A DNA stretch of 64,000 bases from Adineta vaga (lineage: Eukaryota; Animalia; Rotifera), in the NCBI GenBank assembly GCA_021613535.1, contig CP075495.1, positions 5,332,001 to 5,396,000 on the forward strand. Direction: 5' to 3'. The notes beneath the pieces are model-generated. The model had not been told where the DNA came from, did not search any database, and saw only the letters and a program-made list of their open reading frames with translations. The position numbers were made by a program, and so were the translations under genes. Shown piece by piece: positions 23,507 through 36,926 of this stretch (within the stretch, counting starts at the first letter, position 1; the number at the start of each line of letters is the position of its first letter).

Positions 23507-26500
23507 ATGCGTTATCGACTTAGTCACGCATTACGTTTAGTTATTGCACTTGTATTTCTTATTTTTATGGTCCCTTTTCTTCTATCAAAACTTGATTCGA
23601 ACAGTAATCAGTCGGCAATTTCAAATAAAGAAGATGATTTTGCTCAAGTAAATAATTATTGTTTTGAACAAAAAAGCATGCGTTCATTTATGTTTATTGT
23701 GGATATTTTTCAGCATCAACTGCCCAAAGAAGGAACGATTGGACAATGATGCACACCCAAAAACTAACAGTTTACAACCAAGAATGAGTAGTTCACTAGG
23801 CAATTATGAACCGAAAGATGTATCAACACGAACAGGTCCAGGCGAAGGAGGTAAAATGAGAATGAATTCGATTGATTATTGATTGATCTTTTTTTTCAAT
23901 AGGAGTTCCTGTCATACTTTCACCTGCAGAAGAACAAGCAGCACAAAAAACCATAACTCAATATGGTTTCAATATGGTTGCTTCGGATAAAATATCCATG
24001 GATAGAAATATCAAAGACACAAGACCTGCCGAGTAAGATTCTTGATCAACTTCATAAAAGTTTTTGGTTTTTTATATATAAATCGTTTTCTTAATCGTTT
24101 TTAGATGTAAAAATTGGATCTATCCTGAAGTGCAAAATTTACCAACAGCTTCCGTTATTCTTGTCTTTTATGATGAAGGTTGGAGTGTATTATTACGTAC
24201 TGTACATAGTGTTATTAAAACATCACCTAAAGAATTACTCAAAGATATTATTTTAATTGATGATGGCAGTAGTGATCGTATGTTATTTTGTATCTCTATT
24301 ATACAAATCTACGTATGACAATTATATTTCGTTTTGTTTTTAGCTGATCTAAAAGAACGATTAGAAAAATATATTGAACGTTGGAATGGTCTTGTTAAAT
24401 TATATCGAACAGGGAAACGTGTTGGCTTGATAGCGGCACGTACACTCGGTGCCGAAAAATCTACTGGTGATGTTATTATTGTTCTCGATGCTCATTGTGA
24501 ATGTGTATGTATTAATCAATGATCGATTGAAATTTTTTTTCGAAGAGTTTTTCTTCTCCTTCTAGGTTATCAACTGGCTTCCACCACTATTGACACGTAT
24601 TGCATTGAATCGCAAAGCATTAGCCGTTCCTATCGTTGATGGTCTTGAATGGAAAACATTAGAGCACACAAATATCTATGGTTCATCTAATTTTCGAGGC
24701 ATATGGGAATGGGGATTTTTATATAAAGAAACTGAAGTACCTGAACAAGAATTGAAAAAAAGAAAATATTCATCAGAACCCTATTGGTACGATCTAATTC
24801 AATTTTACAGATTGAAATATAGTTCCAGATATTGGTTTTAGGTCACCAACTCATGCTGGTGGTCTATTAGCTATTGATCGTCAATGGTTCTTTGAATTAG
24901 GTGCTTATGATCCTGGTATTCGAGTATGGGGAGCTGAACAATATGAATTATCATTTAAAGTTTGGCAATGTGGTGGTGTAGTAGAATGGGTACCATGTTC
25001 TCATGTTGCACATGCTTATCGTGGTCCACGAAGTCATTCATCACATGTACCTGGTGCAAGTCCATATCAAACAGCTATTAACCATATGCGTTTAGCCGAA
25101 GTATGGATGGATGAATATGCTGAATATTATTATATACGTGAACCAGCTATTCGTACATTAAATTATGGTGATATATCCGAACGAAAACAATTGAGAACTA
25201 AATTACAATGTAAACCATTTAAATGGTTCATGGAAAATATTGCTTATGATGTTTTACAAAAATTTCCACCACCACCTAAAAATGTCGTTTGGGGAGAAGT
25301 ATGTGGAAAACATATTAATTTGTTTTTTTGATAAAACTATACGACATGAAATATTTATCTAGTGCAAAAATATCAAACATTCCGGTGTGTTTAAATGATC
25401 GAGGAGCATCATTTGGTCAACCTATTGGTGTCAGTGGATGTTATAGACAAGTAAGATTTCTTTCTTTTACTGAGAAAACAACATGCTGATTGTTATAAGA
25501 AAAGTATATGACGTGCGATTTTACATTTGATTACAGAATTCACTGAATAATAATGCATCAATATTTGTTCATCCTAAAACATCTACAGTCTGTATAAAAT
25601 TGTCTTTTATCTGCACGAAAAATATTTATTATCTTTTTTCGAAATGAAATATTTGTTTTGGTGAATTGATTTATCGAGATATAGTATATTTTTTCTTTCG
25701 TTTACAAACTTATGACCGACTTGTTAGACAAACTATACGAATATTCTTTGAAGTTAACCTTGTGAGTATGTTGACAATTAGCACGAACACCGATCAATAT
25801 TTGTCAGAGGATTAAATGAAACACAACAAGTAATTTTTCATCGACCAATCGCACATTCAGATAAAGTTGTCTATTCGAAGAAAAGAGGACTAGTAAACTT
25901 GTTGAAAATACTTGATTGAAATCATCACCGATGCGAATCATACTTAGAAATTTTGATGAATTATAGCTTTACATCAGGGTCATCGATGACGTATATTTTG
26001 TTGATTCTGCATCAAAGTCACAGTAGACTTTATTTTCCTATGCATTATCATACAGGAGTGTTTACCAGATGGTTTATCACTAAAAAAACATGAATGTTCT
26101 TTCTCGGAACAAAAATCTTCATAGTCAGATCGTCTTAATCTTTGCTATTGTGTGATAAAGTGATACCAAAAACAATTCAGAAGAAATTCCATATATCTTC
26201 ATAGATATATCAACTATTCGTATTGTTTATGAAAACACATAAGGGAAAGTGGTGGGATTTTGGTTACACCTTGATAAGTAATATTAAACAATAATTTTAT
26301 TTCAAAATATTTGTTTAGAGTGTTTGGCGTTTAAATGAAGGAGGCGAAATATCGTCTGGTGAACATTGTTTTATATCTGATCATGAGATAGTCAAGAAAA
26401 AATTTTGTTTGGATCATAATGGTCAATGGAATCCTCTTGGTGAATGGCAATATGATAAAGTAATTGAACATCAATATGAAATGATTTGTTCCAACTTTTG

Positions 26501-26636
26501 TATTTAGGCAATCAAACAAATTCGAAGCAATAAAGAACATCTATGTATGGAATCAAATGGTAGTGATTTAAAACTTAGTAAATGTGATGAAACTAATCAA
26601 GCACAGCAATGGGAATGGACAGAAATTCATTATTGA
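23507..26636 (+). CDS. Polypeptide N-acetylgalactosaminyltransferase, GALNT7-like (GT27)
   Basis: N-terminal TM, LPTASVILVFYDEGWSVLLRTVHS, DXH motif LDAHCE, WEWGFLYKE, SPTHAGGL, WGAEQYELSFKVWQCGG, C-terminal ricin-B lectin ending QQWEWTEIHY*. Confidence 0.95.
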
Positions 26637-26933
26637 TATTTGCTATAAGCTTGTCTTATTTGTTATTTAATTTGTTGAATTATTCTTGTTGTTTTTTTTA
26701 TTTATTCTTTACCAAAGAAAAAAAAAGGAAAAGAATTCAGTACTTGTTCGTTTTGTTTCTATTGGTTAAGTCAACTTATTATCGTTATCTATTACTTTTA
26801 TTCCTCATCTTCTTTTTTCTTCTTCTTCTTCTACTACTAGTATCATTACTAGAAGAGAATAAATTTCAATATGCATATTCACTTTATCTTAATATGGCGA
26901 TAGTGTGTTTTTTGTTTATTTTGCTTTTTTAAG

Positions 26934-29192
26934 ATGTCAATACTTTTTATGAATTTTGCTCGCTGTAATTTTTTTATTCGAAGGGTATGTCATATAAAAT
27001 TCTATGACACTATTTCTATTCATTTTCAGATGACGTCATTAGCTGGTTCAGTCTCCAAGAATGTCGATGGATTTTTGAAGTTTATTAATAAAAGTCCAAC
27101 AGCATTTCATTGTAAGTACTTTCCGTATTTTTTTGTCTTTGAATAATTGAGGATGAAATCTTATTAAGGTGTGGATAATGTTAAGAAAACATTAACTTCT
27201 GCTGGTTTCAAAGAATTACGAGAAAATGAACAGTGGAATATTGAACCAATGGGAAAAGTAAGAGAAAAAGAAATAGAGAAGTAAAAGAATTTTATTTTCG
27301 ATCCTTTTTTTAGTATTTTGTGATTAAAAATGCTTCATGTATTGCAGCATTTGCTGTCGGTGGAAAATATCAAAATGGTAATGGATTTGCTTTGACAGCT
27401 ACACATACAGATTCGCCTCATTTACGAGTATGTTATAAATAGAATTGAATATAGAAGAGGAAGAGAAAATATCGATATTACCTGAATAGAGATAGGTACA
27501 ATTTGATCGATGTTTTTCATGTGATTAGAATTGAATTATGACTATTTTGATTGAAAAACTAACAAAATCAGATTAGTTTTTAATGATTTTCTCATGTTAC
27601 ATAGGTAAAACCAGTATCGAAACGGGACACATGTGATTATTTACAAGTTAATGTTGAATGTTATGGAGGTGGTATTTGGCATACATGGTTCGATCGTGAT
27701 TTAACATTAGCTGGTCGTGTTTTTTTTCGAGTTTGTTTTACTATATCTTTATTATTATTCATGCCATGTTATTTTAAATCTAGAAAACTAATGACAAAAT
27801 TTGTCAACATTTGGTACATATCGATCGACCAATACTTCGCGTACCAACAATTGCTATTCATCTTAAACGTGATACCAATGAAAAATTAGAAATTAATAAA
27901 CAAGATCATTTGTAAGTATGAATTATTTCAATTGATTCGATTTTTTCCAAATTGTTTCCTTAGACAAGCTGTTTTATCATTAAAAACTGAAGAAGAATTA
28001 AATAAATCGTGCAAAAAAGAAGAACCATGTGAGACAACTAAAGTCTTAACTGATGAAGTATGTTACAAAGTTTGATTTATTTCTCGAATTCGTATGTAAA
28101 CTTGTTTTTTTCAATGCTAATTTTTAGTCAAAAAAACACCATAGTCAATTATTAGAATTACTTGCGAATGAATGTCAATGCCAAGCGAAAGATATCATTA
28201 ATTTCGATTTAATTCTTGCTGATACTCAACCATCATGCGTTGGTGGCTTACGAAATGAATTCATTTATTCGGGACGATTGGACAATCAAATGAGTGCATA
28301 TTGTGCAATTCAAGTATAACATCAATTTCTATTCTTTTCTACTGGTAAATTTCAATTCAATGGTTATCTCTTCTTTTCAGGGTCTTATTCATTCATTGGA
28401 TACTCTTCCAGAAGAAACATTTATTCGTGGTGCTTTATTATATGATAACGAAGAAGTAAATATGCTTATTTTTCAATGTGAACTTCTCTATTTCGGAAAC
28501 TTTAGATCGGTTCGGAAAGTGCTCAAGGTGCTATGAGTGAATTTACTCAACATACGTTACGACGTATAACACGTGATGAATATGAACGTTCAATTTCAAA
28601 TTCATTTCTTGTTTCAGCTGATATGGCTCGTATGTAGAAGTACATTCTATGTTCGCATACATCGCTCGATTTCTTCTTTTACATCTAGATGCCATTCATC
28701 CTAATTATAGCAGTCTTCATGACCGAGATCATCAACCATCATTATTGAACGGTGGTGTTGTTGTGAAAACAAATTGTAACAATCGTTATGCTACAACAGC
28801 ATTTACATCGACAGTTATAAAGGAAATCGCTCGATTAAGCAATGTTCCAGTTCAGGTTCGATCGTTCTCTTTATTTTGAACATTGACTTTTAGATTTGTG
28901 TTTGAATTTTCTAGGAATTCTGTATGCGAAATGATATGCCATGTGGAACAACAGTTGGTCCAATCATATCCTCTCGTCTTGGAATGTATACTGTTGATGT
29001 TGGTGCACCTCAATTATCCATGCATTCCATTCGTGAAATGACATCAACAGAAACATTAGAACATTATTTAGATTTTTTCAAAGTAAGAATAGAAGATAAA
29101 CACAAATATTAAGGAGTTTTACTATTGACTCAAATTCATTTTAGGGTTTCTACAAAAATTTCAAACAAGTTTACGATTCAATCGAACATTAA
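26934..29192 (+). CDS. DNPEP: Aspartyl aminopeptidase (M18); second in-frame ATG at 27030
   Basis: [67 protein letters not shown]. Confidence 0.96.
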
Positions 29193-29318
29193 ATCATTTG
29201 ATGATTTTCTTTTTCTTTTTTTAAAAAAAAGCTTTTATTTGATTTGAAAAAAAAAACTAGTTCATAATAAACCGGATTCGGTGATATATTTCTTTGGAAA
29301 TGATTTTAGATTTAAATC

Positions 29319-30991
29319 ATGACTGAAGAAAATCTCATACCACCAAGCGAACATCCAGTTAGAATACGTTGGTTAAATGCAGCTGGTAAGAATTCCTAGT
29401 CTCACCCTGAATTTCTATTATTATCATCTCTGTAGATCAAAATCCAACAATTCAAAAACCAGTTGCACAACATCCGTCAACACCAGCAATCAAAATGAAT
29501 AAAGTTACTGCTCCATCTGTATTAACTAAAGCACGAACAAAGGTTTGTTTTTAATTGACTTAATGACAGACAATGTTAGTTAGTTTGATAGCATGTTACA
29601 TATATTCTTTCGAAGAAAAGAAACAATTTTTTTTAACAGACCTGGTAAAGAGAAATTGTTGTTAATTGAAAAGAAAACCTTCGCTTGGTACGACGTACAT
29701 AATTTAACTTCTGACAAGATCAATGAAATAGAGTTCATAATGACACGTCTATTATAGGTTGCAAGTGCAACAAATAATGTTCGTTTTGCTGATCAACCGG
29801 CGCCGACAACTTCTATTGATATGTCGATACAATCATCGAAAGGATTGAAAGAATTAAGTGCTGAAGATAAATTAAAAATTGCAAATTTAATCAAAGAATT
29901 AGCTCGGTAAGATATCGTTGGAATCTTTTTCTCCTTTCTCATATCATTCTATTCGGATGTGTTCGCTAGGGTCGGTCATGAGAAAGAACTTGTTGAAAAT
30001 AGACTTGAACAAGAACGAAAATTATTCGAAGGACAAATGAAAACATTGCTAACTGATTACGATAAACTAATGAAAGATAATCAAAGTAATCATTTTACTA
30101 TTTAAACTTTCAAATTATTTTGAAAAAAAAACGAACAATTCTTTAGAACTTCTTGTTCGTTATAATGAAACGAAAACAGTTTTAAATGAATTCGAAAAGA
30201 AATCTCACTTATCATCAAGAACACATGAATTTCCTAACCCTCAACGAGTACGTTTTTTTTTTCAATTGATTTTTCTCTCTCAATTCTGATCTTCGTTTCT
30301 AGTCTTCGACACCTATTGATATAATCTCAATAAAAGAATCAGCGACAATTCGTTCAGATCCAATTCCACCAACTCGTACTGCCAGTTCAGTTTTAAACGA
30401 ACAATTTCATTTAAAACAATCAATGATGGAAAAACAGTTAGAACTGCTTTATAAACAAGTATAACATTATCATTTCTTGAGAAAAGAAGATTTCAAATAA
30501 ATGGAATTATGTTTTCTTTTTCTTTTCTGTTTCTTTAGCAACAAATACTTGAAAAAGAACTTCAACAGAGAAATGCAAATTCATCACTTGAGCAAGTTGT
30601 TAAACCCATCCAGACCGTAACACGATCGACTTCACCATTGAAATACGAACGAAAAATCGATGTTGCGGAATGTGCCACATCACCTATCAAACAAACAAAA
30701 TCAGTTCTCAAGTAAAACATATTTTTGTATTTTTTTTACTATAATTTCCATAAATAATGTTTTAGGATTTCTGAAAAACAAATAATACGCCCTATTCAAA
30801 CTCAACGAGCTACTTTAGATCATAATGATGAAGATCTACTAATTTTATCGTTAAATGAATCATTACATGAACAATTACCCAAAAATGTACCGATAAACCA
30901 AAAATCTCGTGTACATTCTCATCAACCAACACATTCTTTAGTCGATTCAGATGAACAAAATCTTCTCAAAGATATCTTTTTTATTTGTTAG
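29319..30991 (+). CDS. KIAA1328: Hinderin-like protein (absent from the ORF track because its exons are short)
   Basis: Spliced LKELSAEDKLKIANLIKELAR/VGHEKELVENRLEQERKLFE coiled coil and C-terminal LLKDIFFIC*, both matching hinderin motifs. Confidence 0.8.
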
Positions 30992-32327
30992 ATATTCCGT
31001 CCAAAAAATGCCAATCATTGTCAGTATAATATGTAGAATGAAATAAATATTCCATTTGTTTGCGTTTTCTTTTTATCTTCTCTATCATAATAGATAAAAT
31101 GTGTCTTTTTCTTTTTTGTTTCATATGTCATATTTACAATTGATGATATTACGAGAACATAATTGTACTCCAGTTACGCATCGATGATCACGGGTGTTTC
31201 TAGTAACTATTCTTTATTCATACTTTATATATCAATGAAGAAACAAAATTGCATGTTTACATATACATTAACGTCATTTCCTTGCTAATTGTCTTTACAT
31301 TGTATGTTGGACCTTTCTTTCTGTTTTTTCTGTCTTTCATTAGAACGGAAAGCGAGAAAGAGTGATGTTAATGAAGAGAGTATACATTTAAGACTAGACA
31401 TATTTATTTGTGAGGTCTCCTGTCCTTGATAAGTATAAGATAGACAAATCGAACATTTTGACAACTAAAGCCTAGATCATATACATTCTATTAAATTGTT
31501 GATTTACGCTAGTCGTCTAATCGTTTTCATACATATTGCTTGTCGAGACGTAAATCGATGACTTGAATCAATAATACTTAGGTAAAAAGAAAAGAAGAAA
31601 GAAAATTGAATAGTAAAAGTATGTAAATATATGAATCAGCTACAAGTCGTGTATTCAGTTATTTCGTACAATAAACGCGCACTTTTATTCTATTCAGTCA
31701 ATGGCGAGTTTTTTGTTTTGTTGTTAGTTGATTATATAGAAGTAATAGAAACAAAAAAGAAACCCATATATATGTATTATTGTTAAAAGCAAAACATATG
31801 CTTTTTCATATTCGTTTACCTTGAAAAAAAAACCAAAACCAAAAAAATGAATACCATTATGGATTTCGATAATTTTCATTGTCAATATAATACAATCAAT
31901 TGATCATATATACATATAGATGTACGTATATACGTGGTAAGATGATCTATTTATTTTTGTCAAGTTTTGAAAAGAGAAAGAGAGAGTAAGAAAAAGCAAA
32001 AAGGTGTAATTTGTTTTCGGGTTATATAAATAAAAATGTCCGAATCAGGTAAGAAAGAAAAAAGGTTTTTCTTGTTTCGACAGTTAACAAGATCTGTTCT
32101 GCAGATGTACGTGCATAATGCGTCAGGTCGAGAAAAGTTGTTGGCTCTTTTTCTTCTTCTTCTTCTTCTTCGTCGTCTTCTTCTGTTTTTCTTTCCTTTT
32201 CTTTTCTTCTTTTCTTTTAGATTAACACACATATAGAATGCGCTGAATTTCATCTACTTTTATTTAATAACAAAACAAAAAAACTCTTCCATCACCAGCC
32301 ACTTGAATCTCGTTTTCAATTCGACAA

Positions 32328-34510
32328 ATGTATCCTGGTGAAACATCTACATCAAGCTCGAAAAAACATCATCGAATTCATCCTATCAATGATTCTAATT
32401 CGACTACAAATGATCATCAAAAAGCACATATTATTTTAAATCTATCTTCAAATGATGAAGATACATCTTTACCGACTCGTCCTATAAATCAACGAACAAA
32501 TTCACAAACATCCAATTCGTCATCCTCAATCGATATTCGAGCGACTGATGTCATTAAACGTATCACAAGTCCATCGGGTACCATGTCAAATACGGACGAA
32601 ATTCTTCCTCAAACATTTCTTCGTCGCATGTCAGTTAATTTTCATATGAATTCATTAGTACCAGCAGGATCATCTACAACGGTTCTACCATCGATACATG
32701 ATGTTAATTCAACCGTTAATACCGATGATAATTGTACTCATTCAGTGATAACAACAATTACAAATTTATATAATAATACGAATGAATGTGAAATATGTTA
32801 TTCATCTAATGAATGTGAAAATTTACAAATGTGTAAACATCATTTTTGTTCCACATGTTTACGAACATATCTAGTTGATAAAATACGAAATGGTTGTCCA
32901 GCATTATTAGAATGTCCACATAGTGATTGCAAACAAATCATGCATCCCGATGATATAAAAAGATTATTAAATGAAAGTCAAACGTATGAACGTTATGAAA
33001 CATTTATGTTAAGACGTGTTCTACAAAAAATGCCCGATACTCGATGGTGTCCGTATGTAGAAATTTATTGAAAATAATCAATTAATTATTGAAAATAAAA
33101 ATCGTTTGTATTTTTAGTTATCCTAACTGTGATTTTGCCGTTTTGGTTGAAAATGCACGTAAAGCAAGTAAATTCGATTGTCCTGTTTGTAAAAAGCCAT
33201 TTTGTCAACGTTGTTCACAAGTATGGCATCCAAATTTAACATGTGAACTTGCTTCTGCTCAACGTGCTGCTCAAGATCCAACTCTCGAAATGTTAATGAA
33301 ATCAAGTTCAACGGGAGGACATATTCGAGCATGTCCACGATGTAAGTTCTTTTTTTTTCTTACATAAGGAAAAATATAATTTGACAGAAAACAGATATTC
33401 AATTCTGCGTAGTACACAAGAAATATGAATCAATGTCTTGTTTGTCTCTCAAGGACAAATTTTCACTCTCGTTTGTTTTTTTCTTCTTCACAATGACAAG
33501 TTCTCAAATGTTGCACCGAGGAGATTTGTCAGGTGTGTAGATCAAAATACATTCAAATTATAAAAAAGAAAAAAAATTACTTGCATAGAGTCAGTTTTTC
33601 TTCACTACTAATGAAAATATGTGGGTGTGTTGTGTATGTTCTTTTCATCTATCAAATTATCATTATTAATGACAGTCGAAAAGAGAAAATGCACTTTATT
33701 AGTCAATTATTCAGTAATAAATCATTTCTCAATGATAGTGATCAAAACATAGATTGAAAGTATATGAAAATTTTTCAATTTATTTGGTACATTTTCATCT
33801 CGATCAAGTTCATACTATGTAGTTTTGCTTACATAGACAACACACAAAGATATCTAAACAATAAGTGTCTCCCTTATGATTAGATCATTCGGGAACTTAA
33901 GATAGGAAATTCATCAGAATAAGTTGCAAAATGAACTTAATATAATCGAGAGTTTTGTGTTCCTTAATTTGATACGGTCTACATTCTCAAATAGACAACA
34001 TTTGTTTTTTTCTAATCTTCTTTCTTTTCATTATTTCTAGGTAAAAGTCCAATAGAAAAATTAAATGATGGTTCATGTAATCATATTCGTTGTGCTATAT
34101 GTACATGTGAATTTTGTTGGTTATGTATGAAAGAAGTTGATAATTTGCATTTCATTACTCCAACTGGCTGTACATTTTACGGTCAAAAACGTTGGTCGAA
34201 ACGTAAATCTATCTTATTTCTCATACTTTCCTGGATCATCACTCCCATTCTTGCAATATTATTAATTGTTTTAGCTATTCCAATTTTATTAATACTATTG
34301 CCAATTATGATGACAAGAAAGTTTTATCAACATTCAGTTGATATACATATTGGTTCATGTCGTCGTTTTATTCTTTGTACATTTGTATTTATTAGTATAT
34401 TTATTTTAACACCGTTAATTTTATTACTTGCTTTAATTGTTGGTATCCCATTATTGATTTTTTTTATCTATTTTTATATGCCAAAAAGATATATAACTGC
34501 GAATTTTTAG
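32328..34510 (+). CDS. RBR E3 ubiquitin ligase, RNF19-like, with C-terminal TM helices
   Basis: RING1 CEIC..CKHHFCSTC, IBR WCP..FCQRCSQVWH, RING2 NDGSCNHIRC..EFCWLCMKE..PTGCTFYG, hydrophobic tail. Confidence 0.92.
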
Positions 34511-34664
34511 CATAAAAGAAAAATCTTTGTTTTCATTTTTTCTTGTTGTTAATTTTATTTTTTATTGAGTACGCATCAAATGTTAAATATATATTATATA
34601 TAATTATAAGAAGAAAAGAAAAAGATGAAGGAAATAATATCAATGTACATAGATTGAATTGAGT

Positions 34665-36492
34665 TTAAGCGATTGTACAAGAACTTTCGGACGGTGTCAT
34701 TCCTTGTGGAATAGGTATTTCGCGAGCTTCTTTTACATCACGAGCATGTTTATCTTCTTTATATGGCTAAAAGAAATCAAGAGAATTGTTTAGAAATTAT
34801 GGATGAAAGATTTAAAAAAAAGAAAAGTTTACTTTGCCAACATTTCGACCAATATCAAATGCTCGATATGCATCAGCAGAAAAGAGAGAATTTAATTTTG
34901 CAGGAATGTACTCCTCAGCAGGTAAAATTCCATGTGTTGCATTTCCTTCCAATGGTAATAAATCAGTTGCTGCTCTTTTATGATGCCTAAAAAATGATGA
35001 TGAAAACAATTGTTGAGTTCAGAAATGTTAACTTACATGACATTATTTTCAAATTCAATTGTCGATTGAACACGACGAATTAATGAATCAAGTTGAAGAA
35101 AAAATGGATGTCGTTGTGGAGATCCAGCTCCTTTTGTTTTTGAATATTGTTCACAGAAACTAGCTGCTTGTTGTTGAACTAAATAAATTCACTGATACAT
35201 ATGAACAAAATACATCGACACTCACTTTTGCTTGCTTCTTCAGCAATTCTCAAGGCATTTGGTGCATCATTCTTTTTGAGAAATTCCAATGCTTGATATG
35301 CTCGTGCCTAAATAACAAACACACATGTTTGTACATCGTTTTTCTATTGCACTCAATTGTACTTCAGCTAAATAAAACTTTGCTTTTAATCCAAAATACA
35401 TACGCCATTGTCCTACAACTTTGTCATCAAATGATGTCAATTGTTGACCTAGATATACACATATATATATATATATTGACATTGAATTTAACACTATTCT
35501 ATTCAAATCATTTTACCTCCCATTTCAAAATATTGTGAAATTTGATTACTGATACCTGAAATCAGTGTATTGTCTTGTTTTGCATTTATAGCTCGTGCTA
35601 ATGTAACTATACATATATAAACAAACGAAATAATTAGAAAATTCCTCTCTTATAAAAAGTAAAACATACCTTCATGAAATTCTCCTAAACAGCTATAATA
35701 ATAAGCAGCGAGAATTTTTTCATTAACATCTGAACATAGTGGTAATTTCACATTATGTAACTTTTGTGCTTCAACGTCCTATTGAATTGGAAATACAGTT
35801 TAAGATGAAAGAAATAACAGTGAAAAAACGAACCATGACATGTTTGAACATTCCGGCAGCAATTCGAAGTGATTTATGAACATCAAGTGCATCTTTATCA
35901 CTTGGTCTAAAATAAACGAATTATTCAAATGACATTGTTACATTGAACTTACGTGCTACTCTTTGAAGCAACATATGCGGCATGTTTTGTATACCACATC
36001 GCCATATTCAATGTCATACAACAGATTTCAAATTGTGCATCTTGAATATCTCTAAATTAAATGAATTAAACAAATAGATTCGTTTATATAATTTGAACTC
36101 TATCCGTACGTAATTGTTTCAGTTTTTGTCAATGAATCACTCCAATAAAATTTCGTTGTATAACGTAATTTTGAATCATCACTAACTCCGTCCGGTGCAG
36201 TAATAAAACCCGTTAAGAATGAAATATATTTATCAAATAGATCTCGAACAGCTGGTGTTTCAAGCATTGGATTACATAATGATTGTAATAGTTCCAAACG
36301 TAATTGACGTAATTGACTATAAAAGACAAACGAATATAGTAAGAAAAAAGCAATTTTTAATTTCGAAGAATATGTAATTTACGAGCATATTTGCATAGCA
36401 TCTGTACTTGATGGTGATGTACGATGATCAAACGATACGATGCCCGTTGATTTTAAAGGATTTCGATGAAACCAATGATTGATTGTAAACAT
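34665..36492 (-). CDS. BROX: BRO1 domain and CAAX motif-containing protein
   Basis: N-terminus HWFHRNPLKST, SKLRYTTKFYWSDSL, MAMWYTKHA, C-terminal CAAX CTIA*. Confidence 0.92.
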
Positions 36493-36926
36493 TTTGTAAA
36501 TAAGAAATCGAAAATGAGTAATAAGTTTTAGATTTCTCACTAAACTTTAAATAGACTTATTTTGTTTGAAGAAGAGATAAAGAAAACGAAAGAAAAAAAG
36601 AACTATGAGAAATTTCTTTTTGCGTTAATAATAAGATGACAAGTAAAGTAAAGCAACTCGCTGTTCATGAGTCATGATGTTTAGATCCGTGCAGTACCAC
36701 GGAAATGTATAGCTACCAATGAGAATAAAGAGTGATAATCAATTGCTGTGCGTGAGAACGAGAACTACAACCACATTTGTTTGACATACATATATATATA
36801 TATATATGTTTAGGGATAAAGGTTGTGAGTAATTGAATGATAATGACGGTTATGAAGCTTTATCAGATTGTCATGAATATGTTTTAAACAATCAGAAAAA
36901 TACAAAAAAGTAATGTGTATTGTATT

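Noticed and set aside
26609-26932. 107-aa hydrophobic ORF
   Set aside because: Produced by the T-rich GALNT 3'UTR, and it overlaps the last exon out of frame.
31960-32253. Poly-Arg / poly-Leu ORFs
   Set aside because: Translation of a (TTC)n microsatellite upstream of RNF19.
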